Positions 1 to 8,825 of a stretch of 32,989 nucleotides of DNA are shown here, piece after piece. The first letter of the stretch is position 1. Every line of letters begins with the position of its first letter. The stretch comes from Clostridia bacterium. Lineage in GTDB: Bacteria > Bacillota > Clostridia > Christensenellales > Aristaeellaceae. A program made the translations under genes and the position numbers. Under the pieces are notes generated by a model. It was not told the DNA's origin. It saw only the letters and a list, made by a program, of their open reading frames with translations, and ran no database searches. The DNA is taken from NCBI GenBank assembly GCA_024404275.1, contig JAKSQG010000001.1, positions 3,851-36,839 on the forward strand. The letters are read 5' to 3'.

Positions 1-1001
1 CCGATATCAATGAATTTATTAATATCAAATTTCATGCGGGTCGGAATCAGAAAATGGCCGTTTTGAAGCATTCGCCAATGGATCGCATCCAGAACCGCTG
101 CCATCGATTCGCGTGTTCCTTCAGCGCCCAGCCGGTGAATCGCTGCTTCAACTTGTTCATTGCCCTTCAGAAAGCAGTCCGGCTCATCCGCCGCCGGACG
201 GTTCAGCGTCCGATCAAACCGATTCAGCACTTCCAGCATATCGGGTTTCACGCGGTTTCTCACTTCCGCCTGAAGAATGGCCGGCATGCCGTAAAAGGCT
301 TCCGCCATCGCGGCGGCAATGTCCGTCAGCGTATCGCAGTCGCCGCCGAGAGAAACAGCAGTACGAACAACATCCTCAAAGCTATCTCCCTCCATAAAGG
401 CCGTGATGGCTTCGGGGACGGTCTCCTGACAGCTTTCAACATGATGATAATACGGACGGATTTCGTCAATGGTACGATTCAGCCTGTAGTGAAACTCCCG
501 GCACACATACTCCCTGATCTCTTCTTTCCTTTTGCCGTTTCGCGCCAGATAGATAACGCTTGCAACCGCTTCAGCGCCTTTGATGCCTTCCCGATGATTG
601 TGCGTTACCTCGGCAGTTGCCCGGGCCACAGCGCGAGTGCGTTCAAGGGAGTCATACAACCATCCGGCCGCAGAGACACGCATCGCAGAGCCGTTGCCAT
701 AGCTTCCGTACGGCTGCGGGTCGGACGCTTGCAGCCAGTATCTGAAACGGCCTCCATAGCCGGCATGGGGATATTTGCGTCCCCACTGCTGCATCGCTTG
801 AACGACATTCTGCCGGATCATCTCCAAAGGCGCATCCTTTCCGGCGTTCAGGAGTGCTTCTGCCACAGCCACCGTCATCACAGTATCGTCTGTAAACGCA
901 GCACCCTCGGCGAACAATTCAAATTCCTTCTTCTTGTGCCCGCGGTCAAACTCATAAGGACTTCCGATGATATCTCCGGCAATTGCTCCATACATGATCA
1001 T
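1..1001 (-). CDS. ADP-ribosylglycohydrolase (ARH/DraG) family protein with extra C-terminal region; 3'-partial (runs off left edge)
   Basis: Own translation of the minus strand from ATG 1001-999 (RBS GGAAAGGAAG upstream) gives MIMYGAIAGDIIGSPYEFDRGHKKKEFELFAEGAAFTDDTVMTVAVAEALL...AVSLGGDCDTLTDIAAAMAEAFYG. It is open for 333 codons to position 3 with no stop. Absent from the ORF track because no stop lies in the window; the 54..1208 + ORF is its antisense mirror. Confidence 0.8.
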   Translation of the reverse strand, partial: MIMYGAIAGDIIGSPYEFDRGHKKKEFELFAEGAAFTDDTVMTVAVAEALLNAGKDAPLEMIRQNVVQAMQQWGRKYPHAGYGGRFRYWLQASDPQPYGSYGNGSAMRVSAAGWLYDSLERTRAVARATAEVTHNHREGIKGAEAVASVIYLARNGKRKEEIREYVCREFHYRLNRTIDEIRPYYHHVESCQETVPEAITAFMEGDSFEDVVRTAVSLGGDCDTLTDIAAAMAEAFYGMPAILQAEVRNRVKPDMLEVLNRFDRTLNRPAADEPDCFLKGNEQVEAAIHRLGAEGTRESMAAVLDAIHWRMLQNGHFLIPTRMKFDINKFIDI

Positions 1002-1094
1002 GCACTTCCTTTCCTTGATTACGGAAGCAGTGTATCATATCCCGGTTTGCACAAGGTCGCCTCTCGGGCGACAAATAAAAAAACGCCGGAAGCG

Positions 1095-2180
1095 TTATGC
1101 TCCCAGCGTCGGCTGATTGTATTTGAACAAAACCGGATTGATCGCCCAGAGAATGTCATAGTTCTTGTTCTGAATAAAATAAGAAACGATGATGTCAAAC
1201 TTGCTTGACGACGACAGGGCCCATTCCGCTTTGGACAAAAGCTCCACCGTCTCCTCCATGCTCAGCTCCAAAGCAATCGCAAGCGCCACGGCGGTTTTCT
1301 TTTTCGGGTGGTAATCCGGATTGCACCGGATTTTTGAAAAGTGTTTTCTGTCGATGTTTGCCTTGGTGTATACATCCGAATCCTTCAACCCGCGCTCATC
1401 GATCATGCGGAACAGACACTGTTGGAATGTCTCATTCTTCTGGTCAAGCAGCTCTTCCAGGTTCATCTCCATCATGCTGCAGCAGGGAGCCGGCGGCATC
1501 CTGTCCGTTTCTGAAGATGCCTCCGACATACGGAGCGATTGTTTCAATCTTTCCTGCTCCGTAAGCTCCTGACGCCGGAGCATTTCAATGCGCTGCAGAC
1601 TCCGCTCATCTTCCGGGAATCTATCCCCATACTCAAAAGCGTGTTGTTTGCGTACCGAGGCATCATCGATCAGCGCGGCAACATTTTCAAACACCTTGCC
1701 GGAAAGCTCAAAGGAAGCCCTGTCAAACACCACCAGATAGACGACCAGTTCATGTCCCAGCAAAAAAGAACTGATTTCACGGATGGCAATCTGCAGTGCC
1801 TGATCCTTTGGGAAACCGTAAACCCCCGTTGCCATCAAAGGAAAAGCAATGCTCCCGCATCCCAGTTCAAATGCTTTACTCAATGATTTTCGGTAGCAGG
1901 ATGCCAGAACATCAAACTCGCCTGATTTTCCATCCTTCCATACAGGACCGACAGCGTGAATAATATATCGGGCCTTCAACCCGAAGGCGTCTGTCACCGC
2001 GATCTCTCCACGCTCAATGGCACCGATCTTTTTCCGTTCTGCCAGAAGTGCTTCAGCACCGGCGGCCTCGTATACCGCACGGTCGGTACCGCCGGCGTAG
2101 ACGGGCTCCGGGTTTGCGGTGTTGACGATCACGTCAGCCTTTACTTTGGTGATATCATTCCGGATAATCTGAAAAGGCAT
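1095..2180 (-). CDS. Macrodomain (ADP-ribose binding/hydrolase) protein fused to a C-terminal HTH-like domain
   Basis: Track ORF 1095..2183 starts at TTG; the ATG at 2180 sits 6 nt after AGGAGGGG. The N-terminal ~170 aa has macrodomain motifs (ADVIVNTAN, GGTDRAV, IIHAVGP, IAFPLMATGVYGFP). The C-terminal ~110 aa (NIDRKHFSKIRCNPDYHPKKKTAVALAIALELSMEET) resembles a helix-turn-helix module. Stop TAA. Confidence 0.8.
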   Translation of the reverse strand: MPFQIIRNDITKVKADVIVNTANPEPVYAGGTDRAVYEAAGAEALLAERKKIGAIERGEIAVTDAFGLKARYIIHAVGPVWKDGKSGEFDVLASCYRKSLSKAFELGCGSIAFPLMATGVYGFPKDQALQIAIREISSFLLGHELVVYLVVFDRASFELSGKVFENVAALIDDASVRKQHAFEYGDRFPEDERSLQRIEMLRRQELTEQERLKQSLRMSEASSETDRMPPAPCCSMMEMNLEELLDQKNETFQQCLFRMIDERGLKDSDVYTKANIDRKHFSKIRCNPDYHPKKKTAVALAIALELSMEETVELLSKAEWALSSSSKFDIIVSYFIQNKNYDILWAINPVLFKYNQPTLGA

Positions 2181-2275
2181 CAAACCCCTCCTTCCTTCAC
2201 CCTTCGATACGATTCTTTTCCACCCTGATTGCCTTTTTCAGCACGCTGTGTGTACTCAAACGAACGCAAAAAACT

Positions 2276-3073
2276 TCACTTTGCCCCATCGGCCTTCGGC
2301 AGCGGAGCTCTCTCCAGCGCGCCGATAAAATCGCGGATATAGTCCGCCATCGCATCCAGCATTTCCACGCCCCATTCGCGGGTGGCATTCGTCGGCACAT
2401 CGCTTCCCATGCCGTGCGCCAGCCAACCGTTATCCGTAATGCTGTTCACATGACGCGGCACCGTAACCATACCGCCTTTGAATTCCACACTCGTCCATGA
2501 AGTGCTGGGCAATTCATCCGAGATATCATTACGGATGCACTCGCCAAGGGTCAGATACTCACTGTGGATCAGCGTGGGATCTACTGCCATCACACCCGCA
2601 GTTTCTTCGGCGCCGCCGTGGCCGCCCTTCCATTCCGGACGGATCTGCCCCGCGATCAGCCACCAGTTGACGATGGCGAGATAGCCGCCGCGCTCAAACA
2701 CTTTGATGCCCACCTGCTCGATGGATTTGACGTTGCCGCCATGACCATTCAGAATGATGAAACGACGGAAGCCGTATTCAAACAATTGGTCGCAGATAGT
2801 CTGCAGAACTGCCCGCAATCCTTCCACACCCAATGACACGGTACCGGCAAAGCCGCGCAGATCATCGGTCGCACCATACGGCAGCGTCGGGGCGATCACC
2901 ACATCGGGAAAACGCTCCTCCAGCAGCTCCGCGATACGGTTCGGTATGATCGTATCCGTTCCCAAAGGCATGTGTTTTCCGTGGCTTTCGAGGCTGCCGA
3001 CAGGGATGACGACAGTATCCTTCCGTGAAAGATATTTTTCCACATCCGGATAGCTCATTCTTTCCAGAAACAT
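2276..3073 (-). CDS. Creatininase-family metal-dependent amidohydrolase
   Basis: 265 aa with family motifs VIPVGSLESHGKHMPLGTD, IILNGHGGN, GGHGGAEET. RBS AGAGAGGAA upstream. Stop TGA. Confidence 0.75.
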   Translation of the reverse strand: MFLERMSYPDVEKYLSRKDTVVIPVGSLESHGKHMPLGTDTIIPNRIAELLEERFPDVVIAPTLPYGATDDLRGFAGTVSLGVEGLRAVLQTICDQLFEYGFRRFIILNGHGGNVKSIEQVGIKVFERGGYLAIVNWWLIAGQIRPEWKGGHGGAEETAGVMAVDPTLIHSEYLTLGECIRNDISDELPSTSWTSVEFKGGMVTVPRHVNSITDNGWLAHGMGSDVPTNATREWGVEMLDAMADYIRDFIGALERAPLPKADGAK

Positions 3074-3091
3074 CGCTATTCCTCTCTTTGC

Positions 3092-4450
3092 TTACAAGGA
3101 TGCGCCGTTGCTTTCAATCACTGTGCGGTACCATGCCGCGCTGTCCTTGGGAATGCGGCGGCAATCATCCGCATAATCCACATAGACCAGTCCAAAGCGG
3201 TCATTATAACCGTTTGCCCACTCGTAGTTATCCATCAGGCTCCAGGCAAAATATCCACGCACATCCACGCCGTTTTCCGCCGCACGGCGCAAAGCCAGCA
3301 GATAGCGGTTCATATAATCCTGACGGTTCGGATCATGCACTTTTCCGTCCAGCGAGATGGCATCGTGACAGGACATGCCGTTTTCGCTGATGACGATCGG
3401 CGTATGGTACCGCTCATACAGGAAATACGGTCCCCAATACAGGGCATCCGGCTGCACCGACCACTGAATACCGGTCTTGGGATGACCGCGCTGCGGCAGC
3501 AGCATTTCCCAGCCCTCGGCGTTATCCGCGGCACGAATGACATCACCATTATAAATATTCTGGCAATAATAATCCAGCGGCTGACAGATCTCCTTCAGGT
3601 CTTTCTCCCAACCACGGGGCAGGTATTTTTCCAGGCGGCGCAGTCCATCTTCAGGATAGGAACCAAGCAGCGCAGGATCGCTCCACCAGGAAGTCGACCA
3701 TGTCCAGTCACCGGAACCCGCATTGAAATAACGGCGGCGCGCCGCGGCAATATCTTCCGCGCTGCTGCTTGCGGGAATGGCTGCGTTTCCGCACGGTGCG
3801 TAGCTGACACGGGCATCGGGCACATTGGCACGGATGATTTGAACAGCACGTCCATGAGAAAGCAATACATGGTGGCTCATCGGCACAAGGGATGCGTCAT
3901 AGAGCTTCAGACCCGGCGCATGCGCACCGATGCCGTAGCCAAGACCGATAAAGCACTGCGGCTCATTGAACGTAATGTAGTCCTTTACACGATCCCCGAA
4001 ATGTTTGGTGACCGCATCCACATAGTCACAGAACCACTTGCTGCTGTCAGGGTTCTCCCAAGCGCCCTTTGCCTGCAGGGCAGAAGGATAATCCCAATGG
4101 AAAAGGGTCATGAAGGGACGAATATTCCACTTCAGCAGTTCATTGACCAGCTTGTCATAAAACGCCAAACCACGGGGTTCCATGCGTCCCGTTCCTTCCG
4201 GAAAGAGGCGGGACCAGGAAACGGAAAAGCGATAATTGCGGATGCCCAGATCATGCATCAGCTTTACATCCTCTTCCACCCTGTGGTAATGATCGCAGGC
4301 AACATCACCGTTATGATCCTGAAAAACCTTCCCGGGCGTGTGTGAAAAATCATCCCAGATGGAACGGCCGCGGCCGTCTTCATTCCAGGCACCCTCGATC
4401 TGATAAGAAGCCGTGGCGGTGCCCCAGATAAAACCATTTCTGAAACCCAT
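3092..4450 (-). CDS. GH1 beta-glucosidase / 6-phospho-beta-glucosidase family
   Basis: 452 aa with GH1 signatures FIWGTATASYQIEG, acid/base ITFNEP, nucleophile VISENG. RBS GGGAGGAAAA. Stop TAA. Confidence 0.9.
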   Translation of the reverse strand: MGFRNGFIWGTATASYQIEGAWNEDGRGRSIWDDFSHTPGKVFQDHNGDVACDHYHRVEEDVKLMHDLGIRNYRFSVSWSRLFPEGTGRMEPRGLAFYDKLVNELLKWNIRPFMTLFHWDYPSALQAKGAWENPDSSKWFCDYVDAVTKHFGDRVKDYITFNEPQCFIGLGYGIGAHAPGLKLYDASLVPMSHHVLLSHGRAVQIIRANVPDARVSYAPCGNAAIPASSSAEDIAAARRRYFNAGSGDWTWSTSWWSDPALLGSYPEDGLRRLEKYLPRGWEKDLKEICQPLDYYCQNIYNGDVIRAADNAEGWEMLLPQRGHPKTGIQWSVQPDALYWGPYFLYERYHTPIVISENGMSCHDAISLDGKVHDPNRQDYMNRYLLALRRAAENGVDVRGYFAWSLMDNYEWANGYNDRFGLVYVDYADDCRRIPKDSAAWYRTVIESNGASL

Positions 4451-4470
4451 AGTGTTTTCCTCCCTTTTAC

Positions 4471-4510
4471 GGAAAAGGCAGGAAGCCCTGAAACACAGGT
4501 GCTTCCTGCC
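4471..4510 (-). terminator. Intercistronic hairpin with short U-run between permease and GH1 gene (attenuator/partial terminator)
   Basis: GGCAGGAAGC(4477-4486) / GCTTCCTGCC(4501-4510), a 10-bp perfect stem with a 14-nt loop, followed on the minus strand by TTTTCC. Confidence 0.4.
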
Positions 4511-4525
4511 GTGCTTGATACTATA

Positions 4526-6385
4526 TTACTCTTTTACGCCGCCGAGTGCAACACCGCGGATGATGAATTTGCTCAGGCACAGATACACGATGATCACAGG
4601 CAGAATGGACAGTGCGATCATCATATAGGTCATGCCCTGGTCCAGACTGGCGGGATCCTTGCCGCGCAGCGTGGCAATCAGGATCGGCAGGGTCTTCTTG
4701 GTCGGGTCAGAACCGGGAATAACAATGGCGGGAACGAAGTAGTTATTCCAGGAGTTGACAAAACTGAAGATGGCCTGCACGGCAATGGCGGGTTTGGTAA
4801 TGGGCAGCACGATGCGGTTGAAGGTGCCAAACTCGCTGCAGCCGTCAATGCGGGACGCTTCAACGATCGCCATCGGCAGTGCGGAATCCATGTATTGCTT
4901 CATGAAGAAGAATACAGTCGGAGCCGCCATGGCAGGCAGAATCAGCGCAAGATAGGATGTGTACCCTTCCGTCCAGCCAAAGCCGCGGATCAGATCGATG
5001 AAACCGAGGGTGCTGACCTGGGTCGGAATCATCATCACCAACAGGATGAAGCTGAACACAAAGTTCTTGAGCTTAAAGTCATAGGCGTGGATGGCATAAG
5101 CCGTCAGAGCGGAAACGTAGGTCGACAGGCCGGCCACGCTCAGTGAAATGATCAGGCTGTTCAGCATACCGTACCAAACCGGCAGATCCTGCTGCGCCAT
5201 CAGCTTATCCCAGTTGGCCTTGAAGTTGGTACCGGGCAGAAGGCTGATACCGCCGATGATCTCGTTATTGGTGCGGGTGCAGTTGATCATCAGCAGATAG
5301 AAGAAGAACAGGCACAGGAAGGACAGAATGCCAAGGACAGCATAAGCCAGAATGCGGCGAACATGGATGAAGCCCGCCAACAGCGTGATGCCTGTCATGA
5401 CCGCTACGATACTCAGGATCAGACCGACGATGAGAATCGTGGAGACGGTAGATGCACTTGCGGAAACTGCCTCATCCAAAGCAGCAAAGGCTTCAGAATA
5501 GCTTTCCGCTCCGTTCTTGCTTTTGAATGCATCAAGCTCTTCGGCGGCTTTTTTGCCGGATTCAACGGCGGTCACCACGGCAATATCCGCTTTATCCGCT
5601 TGCTTGGCCATCGAGGTATAAGAGGTGGTGATACCGACATCGCAGTCGCTCTTGGTGAAGCCGGCGGCGTTTGCATACACAACCGCGGTAATAAACGCTG
5701 CCAGAGCGGCAACGGCGATGATAATCTGCAGAGCGGCAATGCCCTTTCGTTTTTTCTCATCCGCTTTGCCGACAAAGAACGCCGAGATTCCCAGCAGCAC
5801 AGCCAGCACAGCCGCAACTACTGCCATGATGACCACTTTGCTGCTGCTATCCTGTTTTTCAGCCAGGTTTTCTTCCCCGAACTGTTTGAAGGATACGCTG
5901 CTTTCTTCAATCTTCTTCAGCTTGTTGGTTGCAATGGTCAAAGCACTGTTATCTTTTTTGATCACGCCCGCCAGGTTGCCAAAGGCTGCTTCGGCGTCCT
6001 GATCGTTTTCGAAGAAACCGCGAACTGCCTGCTCCGCTTCTGCAATGGCTGCGGCAAAGCCGTTCTTTTCTTCTTCGGTTGCAGCGGCATCACGATTGGC
6101 ATACAGCTGAAGCAGTGCATTCTCAGCTGCCATTTTGCCGTTATTGAATTCAATCGTAGCCCGATAGGCCGCCGCATCGCTGTCATTGCGCGCATCGCTG
6201 AAGACCGCCAGATTGGTCAGAAAATCGGTGGTTTCTCCCGCAAGGAGGCCCCGGACGCTGATACCGGCCATCACCGCGCAAATGAGCATCAGCACAGCAA
6301 CGACTGCCAGTACGGCACGGCAGGAGCGTACGCGTTTACGTTCTGCCTGTGCGGAGGAGGAAACGACATCTGTAAGTCTGCCCAT
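4526..6385 (-). CDS. CUT1-type sugar ABC transporter permease (MalG-like) with ~335-aa N-terminal extension
   Basis: 619 aa. The C-terminal ~280 aa is a standard permease core with EAA loop EASRIDGCSEFGTFNRIVLPITKP. The N-terminal part is Ala-rich with additional hydrophobic helices. Its ATG shares one base with the upstream TAA (TAATG). Stop TAA. Confidence 0.85.
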   Translation of the reverse strand: MGRLTDVVSSSAQAERKRVRSCRAVLAVVAVLMLICAVMAGISVRGLLAGETTDFLTNLAVFSDARNDSDAAAYRATIEFNNGKMAAENALLQLYANRDAAATEEEKNGFAAAIAEAEQAVRGFFENDQDAEAAFGNLAGVIKKDNSALTIATNKLKKIEESSVSFKQFGEENLAEKQDSSSKVVIMAVVAAVLAVLLGISAFFVGKADEKKRKGIAALQIIIAVAALAAFITAVVYANAAGFTKSDCDVGITTSYTSMAKQADKADIAVVTAVESGKKAAEELDAFKSKNGAESYSEAFAALDEAVSASASTVSTILIVGLILSIVAVMTGITLLAGFIHVRRILAYAVLGILSFLCLFFFYLLMINCTRTNNEIIGGISLLPGTNFKANWDKLMAQQDLPVWYGMLNSLIISLSVAGLSTYVSALTAYAIHAYDFKLKNFVFSFILLVMMIPTQVSTLGFIDLIRGFGWTEGYTSYLALILPAMAAPTVFFFMKQYMDSALPMAIVEASRIDGCSEFGTFNRIVLPITKPAIAVQAIFSFVNSWNNYFVPAIVIPGSDPTKKTLPILIATLRGKDPASLDQGMTYMMIALSILPVIIVYLCLSKFIIRGVALGGVKE

Positions 6386-7347
6386 TATTTGTTTCCTCCT
6401 TTCATGGACGCCAGCTGACGCTGCTTCTGCATTTGACGGGAATCCTTATTGAGATAGTTGAACATGAACATGCTGATGACGGCGGTAATGACAAACAGGA
6501 TCACCGACAGCGCGCCGCCCATGCCGTAGTTCTTGGACTTGCTGATGTAGTTGTTCAGCAGCATGATGAGCGTCATGCTCTCACGGTTGGGGTTGCCAAC
6601 GCCGTTGGTCAGAATCTGCGGAACGTCAAACATCTGCAGACCGCCGATCATTGAGGTGATCAGCATATAGCTGAGAATCGGCTTGATCATCGGCACGGTG
6701 ATGCGCCAGAAGGTATCCCAGGCATTTGCACCGTCGATCTGTGCCGCTTCAAACATGCTGTTGTCAATGCCCATCACACCGGCCATCAGGATGATGGTGG
6801 TATTGCCGAACCACATCATGAAGTTCATGGAGCCAACCAGACCGCGTACCGTTCCGGTATAGCTGAGGAAGCGCACGCTGTCGATACCGACCGAGTTGAG
6901 CACGCTGTTCACCGGTCCGCGATCAGAGAAAAGCGCGAAGAAGAGCATGGCAAACGCCGAGGCCATGATCATGTTCGGCAGATAGATCACCGTTTTGAAA
7001 AAGGCCTGTCCCTTGATTTTGAGGGTCAGATCGGTAAACCACACCGCCAGCAGCATGGAAATCACCAGCTGCGGCACAAAGCCGATCAGCCACATCACGG
7101 CGGTATTGCTGATAAACTTCAGCAGGTCATAGCGAGTGAAGATATCAACAAAGTTCTGGATGCCCACAAAGTTAGGGCCTACTGCCTTCAATCCGCCTTC
7201 GAAATAGTATTCAAAGAAGGAATAATAGAAGGTTTTCACCAGCGGGATGAGCGTGAACACCGCAAATGTTGCAAAGAAGGGAATCAGGAAAATGTATCCC
7301 CATTTTGCATAGCTGACGGATTTTCTCTTTCGGGTTAGTTTCGACAT
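6385..7347 (-). CDS. CUT1-type sugar ABC transporter permease (MalF-like)
   Basis: EAA loop FEAAQIDGANAWDTFWRITVPMIKP and multiple TM helices. The track start is GTG 7359; the ATG at 7347 (MSKLTRKRK...) is better spaced from GAAGGTGG. Stop TAA. Confidence 0.85.
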   Translation of the reverse strand: MSKLTRKRKSVSYAKWGYIFLIPFFATFAVFTLIPLVKTFYYSFFEYYFEGGLKAVGPNFVGIQNFVDIFTRYDLLKFISNTAVMWLIGFVPQLVISMLLAVWFTDLTLKIKGQAFFKTVIYLPNMIMASAFAMLFFALFSDRGPVNSVLNSVGIDSVRFLSYTGTVRGLVGSMNFMMWFGNTTIILMAGVMGIDNSMFEAAQIDGANAWDTFWRITVPMIKPILSYMLITSMIGGLQMFDVPQILTNGVGNPNRESMTLIMLLNNYISKSKNYGMGGALSVILFVITAVISMFMFNYLNKDSRQMQKQRQLASMKGGNK

Positions 7348-7391
7348 GCCATTAGCCACCTTCTCTTCGTGTTGGTCAAATTCCGTTCTTC

Positions 7392-7492
7392 AGGCTGAAA
7401 GATTCAGCCTCTCACCGGAACTCCCGCATGCGGAAGCTCCGGCGAGAGGCCGTTTTTTCTCCGTGGGGGAGCCGCGAAATCCGCGGCTCCCC
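7392..7492. other. Cluster of three stem-loops in the binding-protein/permease intercistronic spacer
   Basis: AGGCTGAA/TTCAGCCT (7392-7410). GCCTCTCACCGGA...TCCGGCGAGAGGC (7408-7450, one mismatch, inner palindrome CCGCATGCGG). GGGGAGCCGCG/CGCGGCTCCCC (7466-7492, 11-bp perfect stem). Confidence 0.5.
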
Positions 7493-7532
7493 GCACGAAG
7501 CGATTCAGTTATCTGAGTGGATCCTCTGATAA

Positions 7533-8786
7533 TCAGAAGGACAGCTCGGGATGCTTTTCGAGCATCACGGTGTAGAAGTTGTTCCAGGCGGTGTCCAGAT
7601 CAACGATACCGTTGAAGTAGTCATGCATGGCGTTCTGGATCTGCTCGGTGCAGGTCTGATCATACATGGTGGACTTGGCGCGGTTGATGTTCTGAGCATT
7701 GGCCAGCAGCACGCTCACGTAGTTCTGGCCGCCCAGGAACGCATCACCGAAAGCGGGATCGTTGGCGAAGCCTTCCATAACGGAAACGCTGTTGGTGAAG
7801 TCGGACTTTTCCTTGACGATGGTGGTCAGAACGTCCTTGTCGATGGTCATGGTCTTGATGATGTCAGCAACCAGAGCTTCGTTATCGGTGCCCTTGGCAG
7901 CGCAGATCCAGGTGCCGCCCCAGGAGAAGCCAACGGGGCCTTCGCAGACAGCCCAGTCACCGGCAGTACCGGCGCCCATGGAGTAGTCGAAGAACCAGGC
8001 GGGTCCGAAGTAGCAGAAGACCTTGGAATCATGAGCCATGTCAGCGGACCAGTCGGGATCCCACAGCTTGGTGCCGTTGTTCCAGCCGTTTTCGGTGAAC
8101 TTTTTGGTCTGGGCGATCCAGGCTTCCACGGCGGCGTCCTTCTGAATCTTGCCGTCGACGACCCAGGAGGTGCTCATGTTGTCGGTGAAGGTACGATAGG
8201 TGTCATCATAACCGGAAACCATCTTGATGCCGGCATCGGCCATCATTTCGGCCACAGCTTCGAAGGACTCCCAGTCGCACAGCATTTCCTGCACAGTCTC
8301 GGGATCATCGGTGCCCAGCACTTCCAGAGCCAGGTCACGGCGATAGATCAGACCGGCGGGGCAAGCCTGCCAGGACAGACCCTTGATCTTGCCTTCGGCG
8401 TCAGTCATGATGTCCAGGGTGTACTGATACATATCGGCGATGTCTTCGGCGGTGATGCCCAGATCGGCGATATCATAAGCCAGATCCATGTACTTCACAG
8501 CGTAGTCGGCTTCCACCAGGAAGATGTCGACCTTCTTGTCGGCGGGAGCAGAATCCTGAGCCTGCAGAGCGGCATCCAGCTTGTTCTGATAGTTGTTCTC
8601 GGCGTTGGGCTCTTCGATCCAGTTGACGGTCACGCCTTCGGGAACGGTGTAGTAATCGGTGAAGCGGGTCTTCCATTCATCGTTCCAAACGAAGATGTTC
8701 AGAACAGTTCCTTCGTCAGCGAAGGCCACAGCGCACAGGCTGAGCATCATCGCAGCGATCAGGAGAGCGGAAATGAGTTTCTTCAT
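7533..8786 (-). CDS. ABC transporter extracellular solute-binding protein (sugar, family 1)
   Basis: 417 aa with signal peptide MKKLISALLIAAMMLSLCAVAFA (possible lipobox LSLC). Sits upstream of the two permeases. RBS AAGGAGG. Stop TGA. Confidence 0.8.
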   Translation of the reverse strand: MKKLISALLIAAMMLSLCAVAFADEGTVLNIFVWNDEWKTRFTDYYTVPEGVTVNWIEEPNAENNYQNKLDAALQAQDSAPADKKVDIFLVEADYAVKYMDLAYDIADLGITAEDIADMYQYTLDIMTDAEGKIKGLSWQACPAGLIYRRDLALEVLGTDDPETVQEMLCDWESFEAVAEMMADAGIKMVSGYDDTYRTFTDNMSTSWVVDGKIQKDAAVEAWIAQTKKFTENGWNNGTKLWDPDWSADMAHDSKVFCYFGPAWFFDYSMGAGTAGDWAVCEGPVGFSWGGTWICAAKGTDNEALVADIIKTMTIDKDVLTTIVKEKSDFTNSVSVMEGFANDPAFGDAFLGGQNYVSVLLANAQNINRAKSTMYDQTCTEQIQNAMHDYFNGIVDLDTAWNNFYTVMLEKHPELSF

Positions 8787-8825
8787 GGTTTTTCCTCCTT
8801 TTATAATTATCCCATTTTCGGGATA

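Noticed and set aside
54-1208. 384-aa + strand ORF covering the left end of the window
   Set aside because: It is the codon-aligned antisense of the ARH-family gene that I translated directly from the minus strand. Its R/H/C-rich product has no recognisable motifs and no RBS.
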